64,000 nt of DNA, taken from Octopus vulgaris. Its lineage: Eukaryota. Of the stretch, positions 1-12,897 are shown piece by piece. The stretch lies in assembly GCA_951406725.2 (NCBI GenBank), contig OX597831.1:6572001-6636000 (forward strand), written 5' to 3'. Position 1 is the stretch's first letter; each line of letters begins with the position of its first letter. The notes below the pieces were generated by a model. It made no database searches. It saw nothing but the letters and a program-made list of their open reading frames with translations, and was not told the origin of the DNA. The position numbers and the translations under genes are program-made.

Positions 1-268
1 AGAATATTTAAAACCAACAGCTGAACACTAGAAATATTTCATGAAAGCAGATTGGATTTTAAAAGGAACTAAAACCTAACAAAAACAATTATTTTTTAAA
101 TGTTCAAAAGGAATTCTATAAAACAGAATGAAACAACCAAATAGATTTGATTCTGTAAAACGATGATACAAATATTAAATTATTGAGAAGAGAGAATGTT
201 ATTGGCGGTATTAAAGAGAATGTTATTAAAAGCAACAAACTATGATACAATGAGAATGGACTATTTAC

Positions 269-325
269 CTGTTTTTGAACAGCTTTGGCAGATGTAATTG
301 GAGGGCAATTGGTCATTTGACCATC
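269..325 (-). CDS. CORO2: Coronin exon at start of unique region (DGQMTNCPPITSAKAVQKQ); gene continues past the left edge
   Basis: ttttccccacctaag| acceptor, CAG|gtaaat donor, 19 codons, phase 0/0; gives LVSLQ-DG, as in coronin LxSLK-DG/EG. Confidence 0.8.
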
Positions 326-622
326 CTTAGGTGGGGAAAAAATAAATAAAATAAAATATACTAAATCCAGCTTAACAAATGATATTGAACACAGAAAAAA
401 AAATATTTTAATGTGGATTTGATTTTCATGAATTCTAGGGAAATATTTACATATAACAACATTCAGATTGTTTTTAATCTTTAAACATTTAGTGTCAAAT
501 TTCAATTTTTAGTCAACAGAATTCAAATACTGAGGTTTTATCACTTTAATACCTCTCTCTTTCTCAACAATAGTCATGATATTTTTTCCCTTGCAAATGA
601 ATCCAGTTTGTTTCCCAGCTCC

Positions 623-852
623 TTAACCCTTTTGTTACCATATTTATTTTGAGATGCTCTGTGTTTCTTTCAATTAATTCTAAATACAACAAAGAATTTA
701 GTAAAATAACTTCATTATCATTAAGCTAGTGTTAGGAACATAAATTGTGACTAAGGTTTGGTGGAAGATTTTTATTCAAAACTTATGAAAACAAAATATT
801 TGTACTGCAGAGCCAGAGGTGGTTTCAGCCGGGTTGGTAACAAAAGTGTTAA
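623..852. mobile_element. piggyBac-type MITE, family F
   Basis: TTAA-cccttttgttacc ... ggtaacaaaagtg-TTAA terminal inverted repeats; second copy at 14532. Confidence 0.8.
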
Positions 853-1049
853 AAAGTCATCAATGATATCTCAAAGATGTTATTCGAACACCGTTTATAT
901 GTTCTTCAGTTTTTTTAATCTCTTTTATAGATTCTTTAACCAGAACCTTTGTTGTTTCAAATTCTTTCTACTTACCTTTATTGAAACCAAAACAGACACC
1001 ATTCATATCCATTGCAAACCTTTTTCAACATTCAACCAGGGACACACAT

Positions 1050-1410
1050 AGTTGTGTAGTTAAGAGGTTTGCTTCACAACCAGGTGATTCTAGGTTCAAT
1101 CCCACTACATAGCACCTCGGGCAGCAAAGGGTCGTCTGCCATAGTCTCAGCCGACCAATGTTTTAGGAGTAAAATTTGCCAGACCGACATCATGCAGAAG
1201 CTGGTCGTGTGTGTCGTGTGTGTGGTGTGTGTTGTGTGCGTGTGTTGTGTGTGTGTGTTGGCAATGTGTAGTCAAACAAAAGGATACCTTGTGGTGTTTA
1301 GCCTGAGTTACCAAGGCAGATTGATAAAACACAAAACAAAATCAAGCAAAACTCTTAAAGATAGTGCCCCAGTATGGGCACAAACTGACATCAATAAAAA
1401 CAAAAGAGCA
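1050..1410 (+). mobile_element. SINE family B, old diverged copy
   Basis: Degenerate match to the B head, internal (GT)n and tail. Confidence 0.6.
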
Positions 1411-2024
1411 ACTCCCTAATGCCAATGTTGTGTGATGCCCTTAATGTAAGAAGAGGTTTTGTTTTTGTTTTTTCCATATTAAAAACAATCTAATTTAAGT
1501 TTCTTCAAAACATAACTGAAAAAAATATTAAACTGGTTTATCAAAAGATAAATCTAAAATCTTTAGATATTTGCTAAAAATCCTTTTTTTCATTTTCCTT
1601 GTTTTCAAAAAATAGTCTAAATTTGAATAAGAGACACAAAACCGTAAGAATTTTATTTCATTGAAATGCTTCAGTTGTAGAAATACTTTAGAACAAGATT
1701 TTCTAACGAATGCTTTTTTTTGTCAATTGTCAGATCCAGGTTTGCTTTTTTTTTTTATTTTCAATTTGTACAATTGCAAACTAAAGACCAGTTGCAATTA
1801 CATAATTAACATAATTATGGGGATGGCTAATTAATGCTAGATCTGACATTCCTGACAATAAAGCAATCAAGTAATTTAGGAATGAAGAGGAAACGTGCCA
1901 AATGTTTCTATCAAAAGAAACCGAATTTGTCAACGAATTAAACTGGAGGTGTCACATGCAATTACTATGGCAACAGGCAAGTACATCTAAGTATAATATA
2001 AGCCTCCTTATAATAGTAATGATG

Positions 2025-2073
<49 letters not shown>

Positions 2074-2074
<1 letters not shown>

Positions 2075-2473
2075 CCTTTCTACTAAAGGCACAAGATCTG
2101 AAATTTGGGGAAAGGGATTAGTTGATTACATTGACCTCAGTGTTTCACTGGTACTTAATCTATTGACTCCAAAAAGATGAAAGGCACAGTCGACCTCAGC
2201 AGAATTTGAACTCAGAGTGTAGCGGCAGACGAAATACATATTTCTTTACTACCCACAAGGGGCTAAACACAGAGGGGACAAACAAGGACAGACAAACGGA
2301 TTAAGTCGATTACATCGGCCCCAGTGCATAACTGGTACTTAATTTATCGACCCTGAAAGGATGAAAGGCAAAGTCGACCTCGGCGGAATTTGAACTCAGA
2401 ATGTAACGGCAGACGAAATACCGCTAAGCATTTTGCCCAGCATGCAAACGATTCTGCCAGTTCGCTGCCTTAA
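2074..2473 (-). mobile_element. tRNA-derived SINE family A, two-unit copy next to (TAA)n
   Basis: A-box tggcagaa, B-box gttcaaattcc and core gcctttcatcctttc-ggggtcgataaa; many copies in the window. Confidence 0.85.
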
Positions 2474-3245
2474 AATAATAACAACAATAATTGTTTGCAT
2501 CCTTGACACTTCATTACCACATTTTTTAATTATTTTCCAGACCCTCGTTCTATATATTCTGTGTTCAAATCTTACTGAGGTCAACTTTGCCTTTCTTTCC
2601 ATGGGAATGAGTGTGTGGATAGATTAAAGTACAAGGGTAGATTTAACTGACTCTCTTCCCCAAATTCTAAGCTTTGTGCCTATGTTATAGAATGTGGCTG
2701 TCTTTAACTAAGCAAAGAAGAATTTTAAAAGGTGAGATGAACACGTTTATAAAAATTTGGTTTTCTGAAAGAAAACCTAACTTTTTATAAATGAAAGTAA
2801 TTTCTATGTAAATAGTAATTTCAATCATTATTAATTTTAATAGAATAAGGATTTGAAGATCGGAATTTTTAAATTATTACAGATGAAAGCCAACTCAAAA
2901 CTGACCAGAAAGGATTTTGGTTTAATAAAAATAGAATGTACCAATTCAATACAAAAGATAGCAGTGAGATCTTTACAACCCCCTAAACAAATGTCCCTTC
3001 CAATTCCGACCCATTTTACAAAGTTTGCCCTCAGAAATTGATAGAAGGTTGCTTGATGTATCACTCAAAATCAGCGTGTGAGCTTATTACCGTTCATTTT
3101 CATATTTATCAACTTTGGCAATGTCAAGTGCGAAATAGCAGTTATTTCTTATATCTAGTTTATATTCCATGAATTTTGGGTAGAGAGTTAAGAGAAATAA
3201 AATATGACAAGACCAGCTACAGCAATAATAATAATTTATTCTGAC

Positions 3246-3359
3246 CTGGAGTGAAACTAAAATTGGTTCTCTATTTTGTCCACTGATCCATTCATCAGCT
3301 GTGAGGGAGGGAACACAACTGGCCGTTGGTGGGAAAATATCGTCTTGGAACTGGTCAGA
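3246..3359 (-). CDS. CORO2: Coronin exon ([38 protein letters not shown])
   Basis: ttctag| acceptor, CAG|gtcag donor, 38 codons; FQxDIFP and EW motifs of the coronin C-terminal extension. Confidence 0.93.
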
Positions 3360-3649
3360 CTAGAATTCAAAGAGAAAGTCATAATGAAATGTTGATTAAT
3401 GACATTCAAAATACAAGTTAATGATGAACAAATTACATAAATTAATGAAATATAAATTTCATTAGCTTCAAGAGAACAAATCACCCAATCAGAAAACACC
3501 GAAAACAACAGGCTTCACACAACCGAAGAAAATAGTGAAGATAAACTTTTGAAATTAATGCTAAATTTTTTATATTAAAAACCGTTGATGTCTTACATAT
3601 AACACAACAGCTTAGATTTATAATGGACAAAAAAATGTAATTGTGTGTC

Positions 3650-3850
3650 ATTCATACCTTTCTCAACCACTCCGTGAGTGTAGTGGGTGTTCTTTACATG
3701 CCACCGGCACAGGGGCCAGGGCAGGCTGGCAAACGTCCACAATCAGTTGGTGCTTTTACATGTCATCGACACGGACACCAGTCAGGTGGCGCTGGCATCT
3801 GCCATGTTCAGACGGTGCTTTTTACGTGTCACCGGCACGGGTGTCTTAAC
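3650..3850 (-). mobile_element. Retroposon family E, partial
   Basis: aaccactccgtgagtgtagtggg plus tgccaccggcac modules. Confidence 0.75.
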
Positions 3851-4769
3851 TACAATTTCCATTTTAATTTTTATTTTGATGTTGATGTACTTGACTCAAT
3901 AAGGTCTCCTCAAGAACAGCGGGTCGATCTACGATCCAAGGTTAGCACAGCAGGCCGTCCTGCGAGCCATGAACTCACTTCATTTGTCGGGTCTTCAAAG
4001 TCACAGCTTATCTCCAGAGGTCTCAGTCTTACGTCACAGCCTCTGTGAGACTCAGAGTGCAAAGGTCATGCTTGACCACCTCATTATGAAATTAGCTCAC
4101 TTCTCCTCAAAAGTCTAAAACGGTTTTATCTTCTTTTCCATACAAATATATTTTGGTATTAATTTCTATTGTCAAGACTCAAATTGTTAATTTGTAATGA
4201 AATGTTAAACGAAGGCAGCAAAGTTGCAGAAGGTCACACGAAATGCCTCAAAATACTTTTATTCTTCAGCATTCTGAGTTCAAATATCAAATGGACCAAC
4301 AAAACAATACAAGTTATTGGTGTTGTTTATACTCAGGCCAGACTAAATTGAATAGATTTATGATCAAAGATATTCCTTCTGTGATCATCTAGTCTTTTTT
4401 CTGGGCACAGTGTATGTAGAACTACATTACCAAATGTGCCCTTCTGCCAACCAAATTGTCCAAGGTACTGCATGGTGGGATCCAATCCAGAACTTTTTGA
4501 TCTCCCAGACTATGCTGATAAATACATGAGTACACAGGAGAATTTCTCGTTTCTACTCCAAAAGCTCTCAATAAAAACACCTTTATACTTATCCTATAAA
4601 CTCATTTACACAATACAAAATGGAAGTCTAATCTCATATTTTTATTAGAAACAAGCAATCCAGATTTGTTTTAAATAAACATTTCATTTGTATTTTTATC
4701 GCAAGAAAACCTTCAAATCAACTGCAATCTAATTTCCATTGAAAAATCTTTCTAAATAATTTATTTTAC

Positions 4770-5030
4770 TTTACTTGTGCCGGTGGCATGTGTAGAAAGA
4801 TTTGAGCGAGGTCATTGCCAGTACCGCCTGACTGGCCCCATGCCGGTGGCATGTAAAAAGCACCCACTACACTCTCGGAGTGGTTGGTGTTAGGAAGGGC
4901 ATCCAGCTGTAGAAACTCTGCTAGATCAAGATTGGAGCCTGATGCAGCCATCTGGTTTGCCAGCCCTCAGTCAAAATCATCCAACACATGCTAGCAAGGA
5001 AAGCGGACGTTAAACAATGATGATGATGAT
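4770..5030 (+). mobile_element. Retroposon family E with (GAT)n tail
   Basis: ttaggaagggcatccagctgtagaaa core; ends ggacgttaaac(gat)n. Confidence 0.85.
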
Positions 5031-5171
5031 GAATTGATTTCTTAACAACTAACCCAAGAAGCAATCAACTTTAATCACCAATTAACAAAATAAACACTGA
5101 AGGCAGTAAGTAGCACAAAATAAAAACTCATCTTCTTCCAACTGAGATGTCAGAGGTTCAAATATTAATCA

Positions 5172-5354
<183 letters not shown>

Positions 5355-5418
5355 TTACTAATTACACTAACAGCAAAATACATGAAATAAATCAGAATTA
5401 ATGTGAATAGTCACCTAC

Positions 5419-5515
5419 CTAAACTTCTTTGTGGAGATGAAGACTGGAACTGATTGAGATAGTGGCAATAGGGGGCAGCACTTACTATTTCATAGTATCT
5501 AATATTACCATCACC
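5419..5515 (-). CDS. CORO2: Coronin exon (GDGNIRYYEIVSAAPYCHYLNQFQSSSPQRSL-G)
   Basis: cctctcag| acceptor, G|gtaggt donor, 97 nt (phase 0 to 1); GDGNIRYYE signature. Confidence 0.95.
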
Positions 5516-5706
5516 CTGAGAGGAGGGAAAGACAAAGACATTGATAAATATATACATACATGCATATATATATATATATATAATTTTAAAATAGGATAAA
5601 ATCTTTATAAGAATTTATCAAGTAGTTAGCGTGAAAAACCTCATAAGAGAAAAAACCCATCAATTTTTTCCTTTTAAATGTATTCAATTTTATTTTATAG
5701 CGGGCA

Positions 5707-5935
5707 TTATTACACATAAATGCCTCACGCTAGGAGGGACTTTCAAAGTCAAAACTACTAAAATAAACATATCGTACCTAAAGCAAATCTCAAAGCAAGT
5801 CATTTAAAAAAAAGAATTTAGCTGCATTCTTTTTTTAAATGACTTGCTTTGAGATTTGCTTTCGGTACGATATGTTTATTTTAGTAGTTTTGACTTTGAA
5901 AGTCCCTCCTAGCGTGAGGCATTTATGTGTAATAA
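5707..5935. repeat. Near-perfect palindrome: ~110-bp arms, 8-nt loop
   Basis: The arms differ by one substitution and one homopolymer indel; loop ttagctgc at 5818-5825. Confidence 0.95.
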
Positions 5936-5994
5936 GTATGTGTAATAATGGCCACAGTTCATTAGCTGAAACTAGAAAAATCAAAATCAAAATC

Positions 5995-6485
5995 ATATGA
6001 TGGCCATCCACTCGTGACCGAGGAAGACCATTGCCGACCTTCAGGAATATTGTGCGCTCTAGGACTCACTTATATTTTGCATTTGCAGCTCAGCTGGTGG
6101 CTAATGAGCCCTGCTCTTGACAAGCACACACGACTGTAAACATTGCAGACCAAGCTTTCCCCATTCACTATACGAGTTTGTCTACCTGAGCAGCACACTC
6201 AGCCGTTCTTGCTCCCTGGATGAGGAAATATCTTTCAGGTTGCAGAGAGCAACTAATTCCTTCCGGTCTCTTCAGTCTCATGTCTGGTCCCAACATGGCA
6301 TCGCAAGGAGAACAAAAGTTGCTGTGTACTGACATCGCTTCTCTACTCATGTGAGACATGGACTCAGTACAAACGTCAGGTAAGGGTCCTTGAACGTTTT
6401 CATCAGAGATGTCTCAGACACATTCTCAATGTTGGCTGGACCTCAAAAATTCCAGACACACAGATCCTGAGGACAGCTGATATCT
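5995..6485. mobile_element. RTE-clade LINE fragment with internal inversion
   Basis: Plus 6170-6485 encodes FVYLSSTLS...TKVAVY, LLYSCETW and LERFHQRCLRHIL; minus 6165-5995 encodes the terminal C..R..RAGLISHQ..C motif and 3' UTR. Confidence 0.8.
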
Positions 6486-6557
6486 TGAGTATATATATAT
6501 ATATGTACATACATACATACAAATTAATTTTTTTTTTCTTTCAGAATTGGTTCTTAC

Positions 6558-6662
6558 CTTGCCAGCAAGGAAAATCACTTTACTATCATGATCATAAAAT
6601 GGAAACAGAATTCCACTGGAGAAATCCACTACTTCAGTTTTTAAAGATTTGGTCATGTTTCT
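6558..6662 (-). CDS. CORO2: Coronin exon (RNMTKSLKTEVVDFSSGILFPFYDHDSKVIFLAGK)
   Basis: ttttcag| acceptor, AAG|gtaag donor, 35 codons; GxLFPFYD and LAGK motifs. Confidence 0.95.
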
Positions 6663-7133
6663 CTGAAAATAAGCAAAAGAAATTATCATCAAGATATAAA
6701 GACTGACAAGAAAAAAAAATATATATCAATGGAGAAAAATGTAAACTCTAAAATCTGAAACCAAGGAAATGATAATTGCAGTTCTTGAACCATCAAGACT
6801 CTAGCCAAAGAGTTAGAGTTCCAAAGGGAATCAGAATTCCAGCAAAATAAAAAGAATGTTTAAAAGACAAGGAAAATGGTAATATTTTTTAGTAAAATAA
6901 CATGAAAGCATGAAAAGTCTTCAGATATCAAATTTCTTTAACTATTATAATTTACCATTTCTTATTTAATATAAAGAAATGAAATACCAAGTCAGCTCAT
7001 AAAGAATTCAATTGGAAGCTTAAGACACAAATCTAAGACACAAAAGTGTAAGACACAAATCTAAGACTAAGACACAAAAGTGTAAGACACAAATCTAAGA
7101 CAGAAGATAAAAATTTGAAATAGATTTTCTTAC

Positions 7134-7253
7134 CACATCCCAGATAGCATATTGGCGCTCACTAGATCTTGAGAAACCTGTTGTGAAGATCCGGTTTGTG
7201 TCTCCAAGAAAAACAGATTTGGAGGCTTTAACACCTTGATGGCCAGTTCCGTC
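7134..7253 (-). CDS. CORO2: Coronin exon (DGTGHQGVKASK...TTGFSRSSERQYAIWDV)
   Basis: ttttag| acceptor, GTG|gtaag donor, 40 codons; TTGFSRxSERQ coronin motif. Confidence 0.95.
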
Positions 7254-7746
7254 CTAAAATAGTTTCTTAAAATAAACTTATTTTGCAAAAATACTTCATC
7301 TATTTTTAATGTATATTTCATTAAGTTAATAAAGTTAAAATTCGGAGAGAGAATAAAATACATTTTCATATAACTGCAAAGTACCATCAAAACAGAAATT
7401 AAAATTTTTTTTTTTTTTCTAAGGTAACATTTAATTAAATTAAGAAACAAAATATTAATTTGCATGCTTTTTGTACTTTATATCACTATTTGTTATATTT
7501 TATATTTTATATCATATTTTTAATTTTATATTTTATATTTCATATATTTTAGATTTTATATTATATTTTTTTCTATAGTAACATTTAATTAAATTAAGAA
7601 ACAAAATATTAATTTGCATGGATTTTGTGCTTTATATCATAAAATACTTGCATTGACTGCATTAACTGTTCTGATAGAACAACATTTATAGAAAGTTTCA
7701 TCTTGTAAAATTTCATGAAAATTCATTCAGTGATAAAATTATAATT

Positions 7747-7975
7747 TTAACCCTTTAGTGTTCACATTATTCTGCCAAAATTAATCCTTTTTTATCCTCA
7801 TTGTTTTGAACTAATCATGCATTATCTTGTAGCTGTGAGATTTTGATGAGGTAGCTGTTAATATTTAAAACGATATTGTAGGTTTGTTGTGAGAGACCAG
7901 ATCTGGCCAGTTTGACCATAAAACAGGCAGAATACTTTTGGCCGGATATGACCGGTTTAAATGCTAAAGGGTTAA
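7747..7975 (+). mobile_element. piggyBac-type MITE, family G
   Basis: TTAA-ccctttag ... ctaaaggg-TTAA; homologues at 16775, 37326 and 55795. Confidence 0.8.
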
Positions 7976-8079
7976 AGGTAAAATGAACTTTTTCCTATTA
8001 TTTATTCATACTTATGGTTGCAGGCGGTTCACTGTTTTATACAATTCAAAATGAACAAATATCACAAAGGTTGGCTTAC

Positions 8080-8244
8080 GATGGCAACTTGGGCGGTTCT
8101 CGGATCGTGTACTCTGATCTTTCTATCCTTGCATGTGGTAGCAAAAAGACTACCTTCCCGGTTCCAAGTTATTGAGAACACAGTATCATTATGGCAGTTA
8201 ATGATATTAAGAGGCTCAGCTTGCTCCACGTTCCACAGAATACA
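8080..8244 (-). CDS. CORO2: Coronin exon (CILWNVEQ...FATTCKDRKIRVHDPRTAQVAI), WD40
   Basis: tttctag| acceptor, ATC|gtaag donor, 55 codons in frame. Confidence 0.95.
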
Positions 8245-8393
8245 CTAGAAAATATAATTACGAATATTGACACTTTCTTTACATGGGAAATACTTAAAAA
8301 ACGGGAAACTGCTAGATTACAGCAGGTTATGATATTAGCTACTAAAATACGAAAAGACAAAATTTATAGCAGTTAAAAGAGAGAGAGAATTAC

Positions 8394-8540
8394 CTTATGG
8401 TCCATTCCAGTACTGAGAATGATATTAGAAGCGGTCGGATGCCATTCAATGTTTGTAACCTTACGTTGATGACCATGAAGGTCAACTGCCCACTCAGTCA
8501 GGTTACTATGCATAGTGTTGGGAATCCGCCAAACTTTTAC
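8394..8540 (-). CDS. CORO2: Coronin exon (VKVWRIP...HGHQRKVTNIEWHPTASNIILSTGMDHK), WD40
   Basis: atttag| acceptor, AAG|gtaat donor, 49 codons in frame. Confidence 0.95.
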
Positions 8541-9275
8541 CTAAATCCAAATAATTAAGACAAACACCTGTGTAGAGATTTTTTGATATTGAAATGTTCA
8601 GTAAAAGAGTAAAACACAATTCTATGATTAAATAAAGTAGCAAGATTATCAGATGATGCAGATATATTCATAAAACAAACACTTGGCACCATTATCTATG
8701 GAATTATCTTCCATCTATCAACAGACATTTCTTTGGAAACATTTAAGTACTTGGTTGCATTTGACATAAAATTCCATAAAACACTTAAAACTTGTTAAAA
8801 GTTTTCACCAATTTTTGGAAATTAAAAAACATGAAAAAAACATTCCCCAAAAAATCAAAAATTTAACTAACATGTATGTTTTACAACTATCTTCAATACA
8901 TTAATTACAGTAATTGCAATTAGCATTATAATTATGAAGCTGTCATCTAATTATCCAGCTTTTGCCTGCTAAATCTTCAGGAAAATTAATGATAAAATAT
9001 ATTTGCAAAAAAAAGAAGAAAAAGAAACATCCTCTGAAGTCCTTCTATCCATTTTTAGCATCTATTTTCTAGGTTTCCTTATGTATTCTGATGCAACCTA
9101 ACTCCAAAGTTCATCAATTTCTCATTAACACATTAATTATATTTTATCTTCTTCTATACCAGAAACTAACCTTGACTGGTCAAACAAACATCACAGTAGT
9201 CCAACAACAGAGGGAGAAGCAATTTGTCAAATGAACATCTAGAAAACTTAGAACCATTGTTTTACTCTATTTCTA

Positions 9276-9440
<165 letters not shown>

Positions 9441-9670
9441 CTACAAGAAAAATGGATTTTAAATAGATTTTTAAAAAGAGGGGAAAGAAAAGAAGGAATG
9501 AAATTTGACATTTCATGTTGCTTTTAATTCAAAAAAATATTTTTTAAACAAAAATCAAAATTTTCCTTAGATTCAAGATAAAATCTTATCGTTGGCAACA
9601 AAGTTACTTCTATCTAACTTGAAAGAAAATAAAACATCATCAAAAAAGTATCCATTTCATAATTATTAAA

Positions 9671-10160
9671 ACTAGCAGAAAGACCGCCCTCTGGGCAGTT
9701 TTCTGCTAGCCCCTTGACAATATTTTCACATTTGATTCCCAATTCTAATAATTTTTATATTTTACGTCTAATTATTTCTTTGTATAATAGTGCTCACATG
9801 CTTAGTAAATACTGCTTTCATTACTTTATCACAGTCATAATCTCTCTTTTTTAAACAAACATCACTGTAGTCCAACAACACAGGGAGAAGCAATTTGTCA
9901 AATTTTACCCTCCCCTCAAAGCAACATAGAGATTACAATTCAGCAGCCCTTCTGTAAGCTTTGCAGTGTGTGTGTGAGAGAGAGAGAGAGTGGGGGGAGA
10001 ACATTGCAAACAATGAATGAAATAAACATGAAATGAAAAAATCGTATAAATAAAAGGGCATTACTACAGATGCATATACCCCCAACTTTGTTGCAACATT
10101 CAGAAAAATGGATACTTTTTAACAAAATTTTCTGGGGAAATTTTTTGGGGGGATTTCTCT
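9671..10160 (-). mobile_element. Helitron-like fragment; right boundary uncertain
   Basis: ctagcagaaa...ttttctgctag terminal hairpin with CTAG end. Confidence 0.45.
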
Positions 10161-10169
10161 ATGTGCCTT

Positions 10170-11345
10170 GGCTATGTGCTGTCCTCTGTTGTGATGCTCT
10201 TACTTTTAGTGTATTGAAAGTGTTTTATGTAGGATGTGTGCGGTGCCTAGTAGTGCTATTTTCTGTATCTTATATATACTTGTAAGTCCTGCTACATTTA
10301 TTATGCATTTGTCTAAATACTTTTTTATCATACCTAATGCACCTATTATAGGGATTGTTTCTGTTTTCAGGCTCCACATTCAGGTTATCTCTATTTCCAG
10401 ATCTTTGTATTTTGAGAGTTTCTTCATTTCTTTTAGAGATACATTGTCATTTGTTGGTATTAATGCATCAATTAGAAGGCATTTTTTTTCTTGGTAATCT
10501 CTAACAACTATATCCAGTCTATTAGCTTTGATTTCTCTGTCTGTGTATTGGCATATCCCAGTGGATGGTGACTTTGTCATTTTCTGGCGTGTGCCTATAC
10601 CATCTTTTTTCTGTTGTCATTCCATAGTGTTGGCATAGCTTCCAGTGTATATAGGTCCCAACTCTGTCATGTCCGTGAATATATTCCTTCTTAGCCAGAG
10701 ACAATATGGTTTATTGCTTCATGTCCATCTCCACACATTCTGCAGTTATTTGTTATGTTTCTTTTCATTATATGTTTTTGGTAATTTCCGGTGGGGAGGC
10801 TTTGGTCTTCTACTGCAATTAAAAATCCTTCAGTTTCTACTTTGAGTCCTGAGCTTCTCAGCCATTGTTGGGATTTTACTTTGCCTATTTCTTTTCTCTT
10901 TAATTTATCCCAGTATTTGGCGTGTAGGGGCTTTACTTGCCATCGATTTACCATGGTGTTTTGTTGTTCCAGTTTTAGCTTCGATTTCGGTTGCGTTACA
11001 GCTTTTGCTGTTTCCTCTTTTTCTCCAGAGTTTTCAGGTACCATGACCTCTGTCTTGTATTTTTCTGCTTCCTTAAAGAAAGAAAATAGTTTTTTCTTTT
11101 GCTCATTTTTTTGTGACTTTTTGTACCAGTTTTTCTTGCCTCTGTGTTACATATTTCTCTAATCCTATGGTGGTTATTTTATAATAGTTTTCTAGTTGTA
11201 TAAGGCCTCTACCAACTTCCATACGTTGTATATATAAATCCTTTCTATGTCAGATTTGGATGGTGCATCCTAAATTCTGTCATTATTTTTCTTGCTTTCC
11301 TGTCTAGTTTGGATAGTTCATTTAGAGTCCAATTAAGAATATTTA
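10170..11345 (-). mobile_element. R4/Dong-type non-LTR retrotransposon, 3' portion, frameshifted
   Basis: ETEGFLIAVEDQ, CCHC-type knuckle (CRMC...H), HD motif and restriction-like endonuclease NRLDIVV...LID...K..KY. Confidence 0.88.
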
Positions 11346-11849
11346 TCATTATTATTATTATTATTATTACATGCATAACTTTTACAGCAGGATGCCCTTT
11401 CTATCCCTATTTTAGAGCATAAACTGTGTGCACTCTGTCTGGCCACAAACATAAAATACTTTGTCAGAGACGAGACTATAAATTCTCCTTCACCTTGGTC
11501 CCATCTCTCCACTCTTCCTTTCCTGATGATGGTATGTTTGCAATTAGTGTTTCTAAAAAGAAAGAGGCAGTGTCACAATGAATTGACACTCGTAGGAAAG
11601 CGTTGATAAATGTGGGGGATGCATGGGAGAAAGGGAGTGTGCACCTAATGTGGACCCAACAGAGGGACCAACGATCTAAGTTGATAACAGCATGATAAAG
11701 CAAATAAGGATATAAAGACAGGGGAAGTCCCTGGTCCATTAGGAATCACCACTGAAATGTTTAAAATATCTGGCATATTGGGATACAGCCAAGTCACCTA
11801 TATTGTTAATCAGGTCATCCATAAGGGAATCATCTCCCATGACTGATGT

Positions 11850-12180
11850 AGCAGCTGTTACAAGGGTAAGAGAGATGCTTTAGTGAGGAGTAATTACAGA
11901 GGTATCACATTTGTTGGATCAAAAGGGTTATAGTTCAACTAATTAGAAAGAGACTTAACCAAGATGTGATGCAGTTTGGTTTTGTGCCAGGGAGAAGCAC
12001 CACTGATGCTATCTTCCTTTGTAAGACAACTACAAAAGTATTTAGCCAAAAACAAGCCACTGTACTTGGTGATCACTGTGGAAGCTAGGAGTAGATAAGT
12101 GACAGGTGAGACCTGTCCAAGCTATGTATAGGGATGCTGTCAGTAAGATGTAAGTCAGCAATGAGTATAGCAAATATTTC
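11850..12180 (+). mobile_element. Decayed RTE-like reverse transcriptase fragment
   Basis: NYRGIT and QFGFVPGRSTTDAIF motifs with frameshifts. Confidence 0.7.
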
Positions 12181-12449
12181 ATTCATCAGTTCTAGGAACC
12201 AATTGAAAGAAGATTATCTGATGTGATCGATACCAATTGATTAGATAATTATTTCTGTTTAGAGATCAAAGAAAAAAGAAATGTTTATTTCACTGAATAA
12301 ACATTTCAAGGTCTGTTATTGCCAACCCAATCTCAGATTGGTCAACACTAATAAGAAGGAAACAAACTTTGAAAGAGAAAACATTGATTGATTTGAGTGT
12401 TGGAATAGAGAAATTGTGAATCAAAGAAACGTTAACGCCACCATCAATA

Positions 12450-12897
12450 TTCGTTGGCATCCGTTGCTAGTGGAGCACTAAGAGTACCATACGAGTGAGA
12501 TCGTTGCCAGAGCAACAAGCTGGCCTTCGTGCCAATGGCATGTTTAAGCACACCATTCAAGTGTGATCGTTACCGCATCGCCTTACTGGCACTTGTGCTG
12601 GTGGCACATGAAACATTCGAATGAGGTCATCACCAGTGCCGCTGGACTGGCTCCTGTGCAGGTGGCACGTAAAAAGCACCATTTGGACATGGCCGTTGCC
12701 AGTACCATCAAACTGGCCCTCGTGCTGGTGGCACATAAAAGCACCCACTACACTCTCAGAGTGGTTGGCATTAGGAAGGACATCCAGCTGTAGAAAGTCT
12801 GCCAGATCAGATTGGAGTCTGGTTCGCCAGACCTCAGTCAAATCGTCCAACCCATGATAGCATGGAATGCAGACGTTAAATGATGATGATGATGATG
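12450..12897 (+). mobile_element. Retroposon family E, long copy
   Basis: Four gtgc-n-gtggcac modules, core and (GAT)n tail. Confidence 0.85.

Noticed and set aside
3025-3155. Possible extra coronin exon ([20 protein letters not shown]) or box C/D snoRNA (two CTGA boxes, ttgcc/ggcaa ends)
   Set aside because: Phase-0 entry hits TAA at once, and exons 3246 and 325 already join in frame. Box C is non-canonical and I recognise no rRNA guide.
7020-7102. Short tandem taagacacaaa repeats, and local duplications at 7424/7578, 17367/17446 and 58102
   Set aside because: Ordinary slippage duplications with no further structure.
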